A stretch of 64,000 nucleotides of DNA from Microbotryum violaceum. Its lineage: Eukaryota. Within the stretch, counting starts at the first letter, position 1, and each line of letters opens with the position of its first letter. The stretch lies in contig CDLV01000004.1 in NCBI GenBank assembly GCA_001244265.2, forward strand, positions 3,720,001-3,784,000. The letters run 5' to 3'. The translations under genes were made by a program, and so were the position numbers. Below, piece by piece: positions 44,345 to 57,623 of the stretch. The notes under the pieces were generated by a model that was not told the DNA's origin, did no database searches, and saw only the letters and a list, made by a program, of their open reading frames with translations.

Positions 44345-46687
44345 ATGTCCTGCCTAGCTCGAGTACGCTCCAAATTCACCTCCCGTCACTACCGCACAAC
44401 ATCCGAAACCTCCCGCCTGCGCACCTCCTTCATCCGTCGGGAAAAGATTCTCACCCAGGCCCGAGCCTTGATCCCGTTCCTCCAAGCTGGACTCATCATC
44501 GTCGGCTTCTTGTACTTCTTTGCCATTCCGACGCAATGCTTGGGGAGAGGGCATTATATCAGTGAGAATGCCTTGCAGCCTGGTCAGGTGCGTTCGATCG
44601 TGCGTTTGGGCTCGGGGCCGGAAGAGGAGAAGATGCTGAGAAGGACTTTCTCGCGTCACTGCTTGGGACGTCAGGTCAATACGTATTGGAATTGGGCCGA
44701 CGTGCACATCGCGGACCAGTATGCCGAGCAGGTCGAGGCGTGGAGCGCGTTGCCTTTGCAGCAGTAGGTCCCACCTGATACGCGGGATTGGCTAGAGGGG
44801 GAAAAAGCTGATCGAAGATTCGTCGACTTTGGTTCGGCCAGACGAACGCAGGAGCTGAAGAAGGCGTTCCAAAAGTTGGGCTATGCGACGGCGACGCAGG
44901 ACTATCTGTTTGAATTAGGATCGGGGAATAGTGTACGTCTTGGGGTGGTTTGATCGTCAAACTGCTAACGATCGAAAGACTGACTGCGCATGATCGGGAC
45001 CTATAGACCCTGCAAGGCACGAACGTCTACTCGATCCTCCAAGCTCCAAAAACGGACGGCGCCGAGTCGCTGGTCCTTGGGGCTTCGTGGTTATCTAGGG
45101 CTCTGCACCAGGACACCAAGGAAAAGAGGGTGAATGTTCGAGGCGTTGCGAGTGTTCTGGCTTTGGCCAACTTCCTCAAGAGTGAGTTTGCACGTGAACG
45201 ATGGAATCATAGCAGGCCAACTGAATTGGGTTCGGCGCAGAGTATTCAACGTGGTCCAAGGACATCATCTTCCTCGTCTCGGACGACTACGTCGCCGGAG
45301 CTCAAGCCTGGATTGACGAATACCACGGCAACCAACAGAGCAATATCCGAGCCGAACCTCTTTCGCTTACGACGGGACCGATCTGGGCTGCTCTGAACCT
45401 AGACTACCCGTACCACTCCTTTTCGCACCTCGGCCTCTTCTACGAAGGCGTCAATGGCCATCTCGCGAACCTCGATTTCCTTAATTCGGCATCACACATC
45501 ACCAAAGGAATGCGCGTACCACCCGTCTTGCATGCTGATGTCGAGCTCGCGGATTTAATGCCTTCGATTTTCTACGATACACCATTGAGCTTCTTGGACA
45601 ACCATGCCGTGAGGACGTATACGCGGGCAGCCAAGACGGTGTTGCATCAGGTCGCGTTGACCGCTTCGGGGAAGGCACAAGGGCCCGAAGCGGTGTTTGG
45701 CAAGTACCGCATTGATGCGTTGGCGATGTTTGGTGTTCCTGCGGAAGGGCCGTACGGGTTCCATGTACTCGGTCGGTGCGTCGTTCGATCCTCAGCATGG
45801 CTGTACTGGGAAGAGACCTGTGCTGACGTTGTGATCGTCATCGATGGACACAGTATCGTGGAATCGACGTTCCGCTCGCTCAACAACCTCCTCGAGCGCT
45901 TCCACCAATCCTTCTTCCTCTACCTCATGACCTCGGTCGACACGTTCGTCGCGATAGGGAACTACCTCGCTGCTCCGGTGTTGGTCTGTGCGGGTATGAC
46001 GATTATGGGGTTGAATGTGTGGGAACAGGCGGGGGTTTCGGTCAAGGGGGAGAGGAGGGAGAGGAGGGAGAGGTTCGTGGGGAGGCCGATCGCGATCATT
46101 GGATTGACGCATGCGATTGGGTTTGGGCTGTTTTCGTATGTCAGTGGGTTAGATCCGATGGGGGATCTTTCGGTGAGTTGGGAGTGATGCGTGAGTCGTT
46201 CGAGGGTCAAAGGCTCATGTCGAATTTGTCCCAGTCCCGCCTCCCACCTACGCTCGTCTTTATCCTCCTCTTTGCCCCCCTCGTCCTTTCGACCGTCTTC
46301 AAATCACGTCGCCGAAAAGGTCGAGCTCCTTCATCGATGGTGCTCGCCTCGCTCTCGTTGATCCTCGGTGGGATGACGATCGGCGTCGTCGCGTGCCTCA
46401 ACTTTGGCGCGTCCGTGCTCCTATCGTTCTCCCTCTGTCCTGCCTTGACGCTGGTCAAACCGCGGCGACATGCTCTCTCCGAACGAATCCAACAATTTCT
46501 CGTGCTCGTTTTTTCACCTCCCGTAACATGGGCATTAGTAAGAGCATGGAAGAGGGAAGCAGCGGATGCTTGGGCGAGGGGGTTGTTGCTCGATTGGCAG
46601 ATGATGGGGACGTGGTCAATGCCTTTTACCTTTGTCGTGGTGGTGCCTTTGGTGCTGCAGGCGGGTACGGTGGGTTTACTGGAATAA
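44345..46687 (+). CDS. GAA1: GPI transamidase subunit Gaa1 (spliced)
   Basis: YISENALQPGQV, APKTDGAESLVL, WSKDIIF, EGVNGHLANLD and RSLNNLLERFHQSFFLY motifs, then multiple C-terminal hydrophobic helices. Confidence 0.93.
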
Positions 46688-46797
46688 ATAAACTAGAAGA
46701 GCCTGGCTGTTGTTTACTAGAGTGAGACGCCTCTGTTCTGCTTTATCTGGATTGCTTCTCGAAATCTCTGGAGCGCGCCGAGGAGTTTCCAGGTCTG

Positions 46798-47007
46798 TGG
46801 AAGCAGCACCGCGTGCAGCCGTGCTCCGAGAATGATAGACAGGATCAAACAGTCATAGTTCAAGTCTAGAACCTCGGGTCAGTGAGCTGACGAAAGCCAA
46901 GGCAGGGAAGTTCTAGGCGCGCGCAAGTTATCCAACAAGTCCACAGATCTATATCGCCTTCTATAATCGGTCACCTCGGGCAAAAGCCTCAGGCCTCAGG
47001 CCTTGCA
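46798..47007 (-). mobile_element. Solo LTR related to Gypsy family A
   Basis: TG...CA ends, clear similarity to 10885-11070, and 5-bp TSD GTCTG at 46793-46797 and 47008-47012. Confidence 0.92.
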
Positions 47008-47133
47008 GTCTGCTCCTCTCTCTCTCGACCTCTTCCACGTGTGGCGCTCTCGCAGCCGGGGCCGTAATCGCCCAACACAAAGTACTTGTCCTACCTCTAC
47101 CTCCCGCACGTGGCCCTATTCTGCGCGCACCCC

Positions 47134-49462
47134 ATGACTCTAGGCCAACGCCTCGACTATTACCTTTCCCAAGTCCCGCCTGCGCCCACAGCGCTGCATC
47201 ACCAATGGCCCTCGTGGCGAGGTGACCGATCGGATTGGACGATGCTGGCGTCGATCTTGGTGCCGGCTTTGGCGGGCTGGGTTTATCTGAAGCTTATCCA
47301 TGTACGTTGGGACGAGAGGGCGAGTGAATTCGAGTGGCTCGTACCCGCGGAGGCTTTGTGAGTTGGCTTCTTCCCCAAGCAGGGTGGTGATGAATTTTAG
47401 CTGCTGGGCCGGCTCTGAAACGGTTTTCACACTCGTCGTTGGGATGGATAGGCCATCCTGGAAGCCAGCAAAGGTCTTGTCATCCGCCTCGATCGATTCG
47501 CATCAATCGGACCCTTCCCTAGTCCCAACAACGGAGCACACGTCCCAAGAGCGTACCTACATCACCTGCTACGCCCCCGCGTCCGGAGCGCACCTCTCGA
47601 CCGTCCCTTCAACGACCGCAGCCGAAATCGACGAAGCGATCCTCAAAGCCGAAAACACGCAAAGAGAATGGCGCACCAGCTCGTGGAGTCGAAGGAGGAG
47701 GCTGATGAGGACCTTGTTGAGGTGGTGTACGGTCGAGATGGAAGGGATCGCTAGAGTCGCCAGTAGGGATACGGGCAAGACTCGTACGTTTTACCCTCCC
47801 AGAAGTTTCATCGTCCCCGTACTTGTGCTGATCATTCGTTCTGGGCGGTTCTGGGCGTGCCTACAGTTGTGGATGCAGCTTTTGGGGAGATCTTGACCAC
47901 GTGCGAAAAGTTGCGATGGGTTATTGCGAATGGGGAGGACTGCTTGAGGCCGGAACCGAGGCCGTCAGTTTTGCGGGGTTAGAGAGCCGCAAAAGGCGTG
48001 GGCAAGACAGCTGATGACAGCTTTTTTCACAGTACAAATGTGGTCTTGGCACACAAAGTGTCCAAGGTGCATTACCAGCCGTTGGGCGTCGTGGCCGCGA
48101 TCGTCAGCTGGAATTATCCGGCGCACAGTCAGTCCAAATTCGCCTTCACCGATCACAAGAAACGGCGCAGCAGGAACTGATCATGTGCGAGTCTCATCCT
48201 GCTCTACAGACGCTCTGTCACCCATCATCGCCTCCCTCTTCACTGGCAACGCGATCGTCGTCAAACCCTCCGAACTCGTCGCCTGGTCCTCGCACCACTT
48301 TGTCCAGGCGGTCCGATCCTGCCTCTCCGCCTGTGGTGAAGACCCCAACCTGGTACAAATCGTCGTTCCCCTCCCCGATACCGTAGAACATCTCACCGCA
48401 CACCCTCGCATCAAACACATCACCTTTATCGGCTCCGAGCAAATCGGTCAAAAAGTCGCCATCAAAGGTGCTGAAGCGGGAACGCCCGTTCTCCTCGAAT
48501 TGGGCGGTAAAGACCCTTGCATCATCCTCGACTCGGCCGACCTCAAAGCTTTCGAAAACACGTGGATGCGCGCTGCTTTCCAAGCGGCCGGACAGAATTG
48601 TATAGGCGCGGAAAGGTTCATCGTGCATGAGAAAGTGTACGATCGGTTCGTCGCTTCGATGGCTTCTCGTGTCGAGGCTTTGAAAGTGGGCGATGTCTTG
48701 GCCAAGGATTTGGATCGGGATCCTACGAATCGCGTCGATGTTGGAGCGATGGTTTCGGATCGTCTGTTTGGTGAATTGGAACGACTCGTCCTTTCGGCCG
48801 TTAAAGATGGAGCGAGATGCATCGTCGGTGGTAAAAGGATCAAGCAGCATCCTACCTCTCCCCAAGGGCATTATTTCCAACCGACCCTGTTGGTCGACGT
48901 GACGACCGAAATGGAGATCGCGAACCAAGAGGTCTTTGCTCCCGTGATGACGGTGATGAGGTTCAAGGAATTGGACGAGGCGATCGAGTTGGCCAATTCG
49001 ACGAGGTATGGATTGGGCGCGAGTGTGTTTGGGAGGAAGCAGAGCGATTGTAGGTACGTCGTTGAGAGGGTCGAGGCGGGGATGGTGTGCACCAATGGTA
49101 CGTTCTCTCGGTGGTATGCGTTAATTCCGGATCCCCGCGGCTGAGGAGTTTCTTACGTTGATTGCAAAACAGATTTTGGCGTCTTCTACCTCAACCAAGC
49201 CCTCCCCTTTGGAGGGTGCAAAGCCTCGGGCTACGGTCGATTCGCCGGTAAAGAAGGCCTTCGTGGTCTATGCCATCCCAAAGCCGTGACGGAGGATCGG
49301 TTTCACGGATGGATCCAGACGGGGATCCCTCCTTTACTTGCGTATCCTATCAATTCGGGTCTGGGCGCATGGGGTTTCGTCAGTGGGTTGGTGGGTATGG
49401 TGTACGCCGATGGGGTGTGGAACAAGCTCAAGGGCTTGGTCGGGCTCGTTTCGGCCAAGTGA
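47134..49462 (+). CDS. MSC7: Aldehyde dehydrogenase family protein with N-terminal hydrophobic segment, MSC7-like (spliced)
   Basis: PLGVVAAIVSWNYP, KPSE, TFIGS, LELGGKDP, GQNCIG, EVFAP and LPFGGCKASGYGRFAGKEGL motifs. The MSC7 subfamily call is an inference. Confidence 0.85.
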
Positions 49463-49567
49463 AAATAAACAAAAACAGGGGGCGATAATTAGGAACCGAG
49501 TCTTTTGCCTTTCTTTAGGAATTAAATCACAAGTCTAGTAATTCAATGCACAACGCTCCCTCTTAAT

Positions 49568-51028
<1,461 letters not shown>

Positions 51029-52056
51029 GGTACCTCAGAGTTGGCGGTGGTGGGCTGTGTGGGGTGGAAGATAGGAGCTGGGGTGAGTTGAGAGCGAGCA
51101 GAAGGGAGAGGCGGTCAGGCGGGTGAGGACGTACGCTGGGAAAAGGCTTGCTGCTTGCTCCAGATGACGACCCGGACAGTTTCCAAGCGAGCTCCTGAAC
51201 GAACGTTGTTTCTTTTGTCTTGGCGGGGAAGGAAGCTTTATCCAAAGAGGCCTGCGGTGCAACCCAATTGACAGAACGAGAATTGACAGAACGAGGCAAC
51301 CGTTTCTTTCGGAACTCGCGCGAGGCGGCGGAGGGTCGCTGCACCGCACTCGGCCGCGGATTAGGTAAGATTGAGTGTTCGTAATCCCACCATTAAGCCC
51401 GGGTCGCGCTCTTTTGTAAACGCATTTGAGACGTGGCGCTCGGGCTCTCGTTCTTTCCCCCACTTGAGTCTCACATCTGCTGCTCAGAGCTCACCGGTCG
51501 CACTCATACTCAGCAGGACCACCTCGGCAAGCTCAAGTTGGTGATCAAGCACACCGGACACGGCTACGCGTACCGCCTACCATTGGGCCCTCTCGGCTCT
51601 CGCGCAAGGCTCACTCAACCAGCGCGATCTCCCCAAGCCGCGCTCCCGATTCGGATTCGGCGATAGCCCCTGCGAGTCGGCGCACGCTCGCAACCGGCCA
51701 AGCTCCAACTGCCCAATCATTAGCACCGCCAACAGAGCTGAGGTAAGCACATCCTCGCATCTTCCGGGGTGAGCCCGCTGGAACCCGTCAGAGGAGCAGC
51801 AACGCCAGATGCACGACGACGACGAGCCGCTTGGACCTCTTGCTCGCCCGATCGCACTGGAAAGGTTTTCTTTGCGACCGTCAGCGATCAACCCCCTCTC
51901 TCGACTTCCAAGTGGTGACTACCGTTACCTTTGCAAGAAGCAGAACGAATTATCACCTTAACTGGCTGTGCACAAGACATACTCACTGATACGCCATGAA
52001 CAACAGCCCCTGTCCGTCTCGCGAAGCGTTCACGCTTTCCGCTCTGCCCTGCCACC

Positions 52057-53989
52057 ATGAGCACACCATATGCAACAGAGCGTACTCCGCTGCTCTCCAA
52101 CCCACAGCACGGCGAGAGCAATCCATCAGCTCCTCCTACATCTGCCACCCCACCCAATCCCATCGCCTCGTCCTCCCTGCTCCCTCCCTTCCGTCGGCTG
52201 CTGCTCGCCGCATTACTCCAGGCCCTCTCCTTCGTCGCGACTGCCACACCCATCATCTTTGCCTTTCGTACCATGTCCTGCGAGATCTACTACGAACGCA
52301 ACCCTCCATACCAAGGCAACGATGATAGATGTGCGAGGAAAGAAATCGATTCGACCACGGCTTCGGCGATTTCGCTCATGGTCACCTTGACCACTTTGTG
52401 AGTCGGCGCAGCATTCGAGCTTGGAAAAAGCAGGAACCCCCAACTGAAGCCATTGCCATCCTCAAGCTCGGGACTACTGAACCTCTTCACCACGGGCTGG
52501 ATCATCCGTCGTCGAGGCGTCAAGCTCGCCATGACCTTACAAACGCTCGTCCCCTGCGTTCGCAACGTCTGCCAAATCTACGGGATTTTCCACGGCGGAC
52601 TCCTCGGCATCCGCCTGATCCAATGGACGCAGCTCTTGACCATTTTTGGAGGAGGTGGAGGGTACATGCTCACCGCCAATAGTTATGCCGCGGCTTTGGT
52701 CACCCCTGAGGAGAGAACGGCCAGTTTTGGGATCCTGCAAGGCTTTCTCATGCTCGGCACAGCATTGGGGTATACTCGTGAGTCAGACCACAAGTTCTTT
52801 GCCTCATAATGATCTTCACTTGCTGATCTGTGGTTCACTATAGTCGGTGGATTCGTCGATGACATGTTTGGAGCACCAGCGCCCTTTGAGATGACGTTTG
52901 GCCTCCTCATTTTGTCGACCCTGCTCTCCGTCTTTTTCCTCCCTTATATACCCCCCGATGCCCAATCACCCAAAGTCAACGGCGAAGGTGTATTGGCACC
53001 GCTCAAGATCTTTTGGCCTAGACACGTCCAAGTAGAAGGCACGAGTCGCTCGGTCCGCTATTGGGGAATGACCTGGCTCGCGATTGGCAGCTTCTTGGGG
53101 GTGTTTGCGACGGCGTTCGTGCCACTCGCTTTGCAACTTACGGCGACAAACATGTTTGGGGTTCGGACCCAAGAAGGTAGGATGTCTGACCTCACATCGA
53201 GACCTCGGTGTCAGAATCTAACCGACTAATCTCGTGATCCCGCAGAACGGCTACCTGCTCTCATTAACTGCGGTCTCGAGAGCCGCGTTCCTCACCTTTG
53301 CCTTCCCCGAGCCATCGCACGTGGAAGGATATGGCTCAGCGGACCCAAATTCGAACCAACTTCCCCATCAGCACCCACGAGACCACCACAAGCCCCCACG
53401 CAAGCCAAAGATCTCGAACCCCTATCCCTCAATCCGGATGAACTGACTGAGTCTGCGCCAGTGCCCGAACCGACGGACCAAGTACACGGCAGTCGGTTCG
53501 ATCTCTTCTTTTTACGAATGAGCATGCTCGTTGATGCTTGTTTGACCGCTTGTGTCACTTTCACGACTCTGGGATGGCACGTCTATTTGGGTGAGTTCAG
53601 CAAGGCCACGCACTGCACCCGTTCTCTTCCCGAACCACGCTCCGGGCAAGATAACTGAATGCGCGAACCCAACCTTGGCCCTCACAGCCGCTCTCATACT
53701 CCCCCTTGCTAGCGGTACCGCCCCCGCCGCCAAAGGCGTCATCATGGAACTCGTTGAACCGTCGCAACAATCCCTCGCATTACAAGCCATCGCCCTCGTC
53801 GAATCCTTGGCGATGGTCTCGACCGTTTCCGTCTTGGGGATCGCTTTCGCGATGTTGAGTGAGGTCGGCAAGGGGCCTTGGATTTTTGTGGTTAATGGTT
53901 CGATTGCGTTGGTCGCGGCGGGTACTTTGATGTTGGTGCGATTTCCGCCGAGAGGTGTGGTGGGCACAGCGGTCGGAGGGGGGGATTGA
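52057..53989 (+). CDS. Major facilitator superfamily-like membrane transporter (spliced); two opposing 1-nt indels
   Basis: Many hydrophobic helices across exons, N-terminal ERTPLL, and VTPEERTASFGILQG and LVEPSQQSLALQAI motifs. Confidence 0.8.
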
Positions 53990-56104
53990 ATTGGACAGAG
54001 ATAAGGAAGCCTGCACAGCCTAATTTAGTTTGTATTGGTCCGGCGGACGTTCTCGTAGGTTAGTCTTGTATGTTTTTTAAATTCATAGAGAAGGTAATGT
54101 GTACCTAATCGGTTCACTTGTGCGCAACTTTGCGAAGCGCAGACCGCGGAATGTACTACCTTCTCACTGTCGTGTACTACCTTCTCGATAGACTGCGGAC
54201 TTGAGCTGATAATGACCGAGCGAGAGCAAGGAAAAGAAAAAGGAACGATTCTTCGTTGTTCCTGATACCTCTCATCCTGCGCTTTGCGGGAGACACGAAT
54301 GCCAACCGTCCGCGATATCACATGGCTATCGCGACGTGTTTGCAGACCGCGTCCGGTTTGTGAGATTAGGTTTATTATGGCACTTGCTCAGCAGTTCGTG
54401 TCTTGGCGCAGACGGAGTTCGTCACACCGACCCAAGACCGGTAGACCTGTCATCGAGCTATCCGTGCAGTGTCGAGGGTCGGCCCGGTGCGCATTCCGTC
54501 GTCTTGGCGTCGGCTGGGACAGACGCCAAGCGGGCTTGGAGGGGGAGGGGAGAGGGCGAAAATGGATCGAGCACCAATCGGTAGGGTGGGTTCTATACCC
54601 CAGCCTTCTTCAGTAGTAGGTAATAGCAAGACGGCGAAAACAAAAAGACCATCGGTTTTGTCATCAGAAGCTGATTGCAGGAGGAGGAGCCTCCGACTTT
54701 CGGACCGACTCCCATCGAAAGAGACATGGAGGTAATTTAATTGAGGCCATTCATGCAAAGTGTGCTGAGTCATACCGACATCCGAATGAAGGCCTCTGAC
54801 AGGACTACGGAATCCGCGAGATTGCCTATTGACAATGGGCATATGTACTTCGGTAGGGGGATCACGGTAGAGTAACTTTGTCCATAACGGTCGTCTGACT
54901 AGCGGTCGATGAGTCTGCCGATCGGTCGGGCATCGTTTTGCATCGGTGCCGATGCAGCTGCCGATCAAACTCACGGCGGCTCGGCGGCTCGAGCTTCTGC
55001 TTCTACACGTTGCGTTTGCCCGACACATAATTATTATTCTCTGCTTAGATCAGATATTCAGGCAAAAAGACAGCACATTTTGTTTGGCGAGTCCTGCCTA
55101 CTTTAGCCGCTACAGAATGGTGAAGGGTGAAAGTCTTGGTGCGGCTACGTAGTGGCTTATCTTTTAGGTACATGTAACTTACTGCGATGTCTTCACCGGC
55201 GTCAACGGTCAGCACTACTCGCATTGTTTCTTGGGTTGCCAAGGGAAAGGCGGCCCAGCCTTCTCAGCGCTCGATCTGATCCCCAGCGCTGCCGATTCGA
55301 CTCGGTAGCGAGCCCAAGATTGTTGGCGCACTTTGGCAGTTTTCCATGGTAGCTGTCGAAGAAGGGATACATGGGGTGAATTCTATGGTAACGTGGTATA
55401 GTGATTCTCAGGAAGGTAACGGGGTCGGCACCCCTTCAAGAGCTTTCAGAGATTGATTGCGGATTCGAAAGTGGATCGAAAACCGCTGCAAGGCACGCCT
55501 TTGGCTGCCGCCGCCGCCGACGTTTCGGCACCTTCTCTCGATGTATGCGTTTTAGTTCCGAAGAAAGCTAATAAATGTTTCTCTCGTTTCAATTCAAATT
55601 CGATCGAATCAGCAGGAAACATAGAAAACCTTAATCGCCACCGCCGGACCACCCTAGCTCATAGCATGGCAACGGCGCCTCGTGGGAAATTTCGATCGCT
55701 GAGGAAGCGAAGGGAAAAGCTTTCGGCTCCCTCGGACCTGAAGCACTCCAACCGACAAAAAGTCTTCCTTACCTTTTAATGAATACGTGGGACGGTGAAC
55801 GGTTCGCGAAGGGCGCGGTTACAAGACGCCTACACTGCTTTTGAGCTTGTCATGCGAGGCACACGGCAGTGACGGGTTGATACGGTACGGTAGGGTGAGG
55901 AGCTCGAGTCCACTGTGCGATCTCGACTTGTTGGGAGGTGGGCCACCTAGTGGCGTGCATGACCTGGCTCGAGCTTAGGGGACAAGGTACGCAGAAACTC
56001 GACCCTTATTTCCTGTTAGACATTATCTGAAACTACGTGGTTCGGTCGCTTTGGGTATCGACTGGCACTACTGGGCCTTTTCGAGACTTTTGATCAGCTG
56101 CAAG

Positions 56105-56197
56105 CCGGGCTAGGTACGGTAGGTACAGCGAAGGTAGGTAGGCCGGGCTAGGTAGCGGGCTAGGTAGGTACAGCAAGGCTGGCAGGGACTAGGCTAC
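56105..56197. repeat. Degenerate GGGCTAGGTA/GGTA tandem repeat
   Basis: Several GGGCTAGGTA and GGTAGGTACAGC units seen directly. Confidence 0.6.
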
Positions 56198-57428
56198 CAC
56201 AACAGGCCAAGAAAACAAAACAAAAAATCAGCTGAACAGCATCGTGGAAGTCGTAATCGCTCGAGAACACGATCTATTAGGTAAAACTAGTTAGGTAAAA
56301 AAGGAAGAACACCAGTAGTGTGCCCCTGATCAACACGATGCAGGCGCGCCGAAATGATCCCTGTGAGATCCGGAAGTTGCAAGCACGAAGAAGCTCTTTG
56401 AGTGCGTTCTCGAAGGCCAGCTGATGGTGCGAGATGGAGACTCCGCGCCCGCTTCTTAGGGCGGGAGTTGAGGGGAAACTGAGATGTCTCACTTGGGAAG
56501 TTCGCCCGCCGGAGGCTCAAAGAGCCAGAGGCGCGCACCCCGGAGTCCGACGCGTCGCGACGCGTTAATTTGGGTGGAAGGAGGCACGGGCCATTTCCCA
56601 TTCTTCGAGCAGGTTTCAGCAAGTAGCTGCGGAAAGGGGGCGGGCAGCATTATCGAAGGAGCGATAATGGAGACTGTAGCAACTTGTCACCTATGCCGAG
56701 TGGGTAAATTGTCTCGTCCACCCGATCGGCCCGGTCTCGGGAGCTTTCTCAATGTTGGCACAACTTGGCGCATTTCTTCAAGGACCCCGGGGGTGGTCAA
56801 AAAGAAAGATTACAAGTAGAGCCAGTCATCGATGGACGATGATAGTTTCGATTCGAGACAACCGTCTTCCGTCGTCGACGCCGTCGATGCCGGCACCCGC
56901 AGTCCGATTGCGCTAGCTTCCATCGCCATTTGCCCACCCATCTCAACCTCACGAAGTCTACGTTTCGATTGAGCATGATCTGATTGTGCAGATCATCCAA
57001 GCTTCAAGCGTTTCTCTATAGACTTGTCCCTAATGCAGCTCAAAGCCGAGCGGCTGGGCCTGAATTTGCTTGGGCTTGGACAAGGCCCAAGCTCTATCAT
57101 CGAATCGCTAATTCCGGAGCGCATGCGCCTCGTCGATCAGATGCTGCACCGATCCGTTAAGTTCCTGGAAACTCTATCACAATAGAGGTCCCTGCAGCTT
57201 CCAAACTCCGAATTGAATCCAATCAACGTCTGTAAGACGCGAGCAATCGAGCAAAATGAACTCGCTATCCCAGATTAGGTCCGTCGGGGTTGGTTGAAAT
57301 CTTCGCGTCCAGCATATATCACCGTACCAGAGCCCGTACGCGATATTCCGAGTGCAGAACTGGCTTCTATGGTATAGCAAAGCGGTCGATCAAAGATGAT
57401 ATGGAATGTTAAGGGAAAACGATGGAAC

Positions 57429-57623
57429 CGAGACCGAAGATGAGGGAGACGAAATACGAGAGACGAGAGACGAGAGACGAAAGACGAGAGACGAAAGACG
57501 AGAGACGAGAGAGCGACCGGAACGGCCGAGAGACGAGAGACGAGAAAGGGGCCCAAACCGAGAAACGAGACCGAGTGCGAGAACGAAACGCTGAGACTGG
57601 AGACCGGAGATGAGAGACGAGAC
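57429..57623. repeat. Degenerate (GAGACGA)n heptamer minisatellite
   Basis: About 200 bp of GAGACGA and variants seen directly. Confidence 0.85.
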
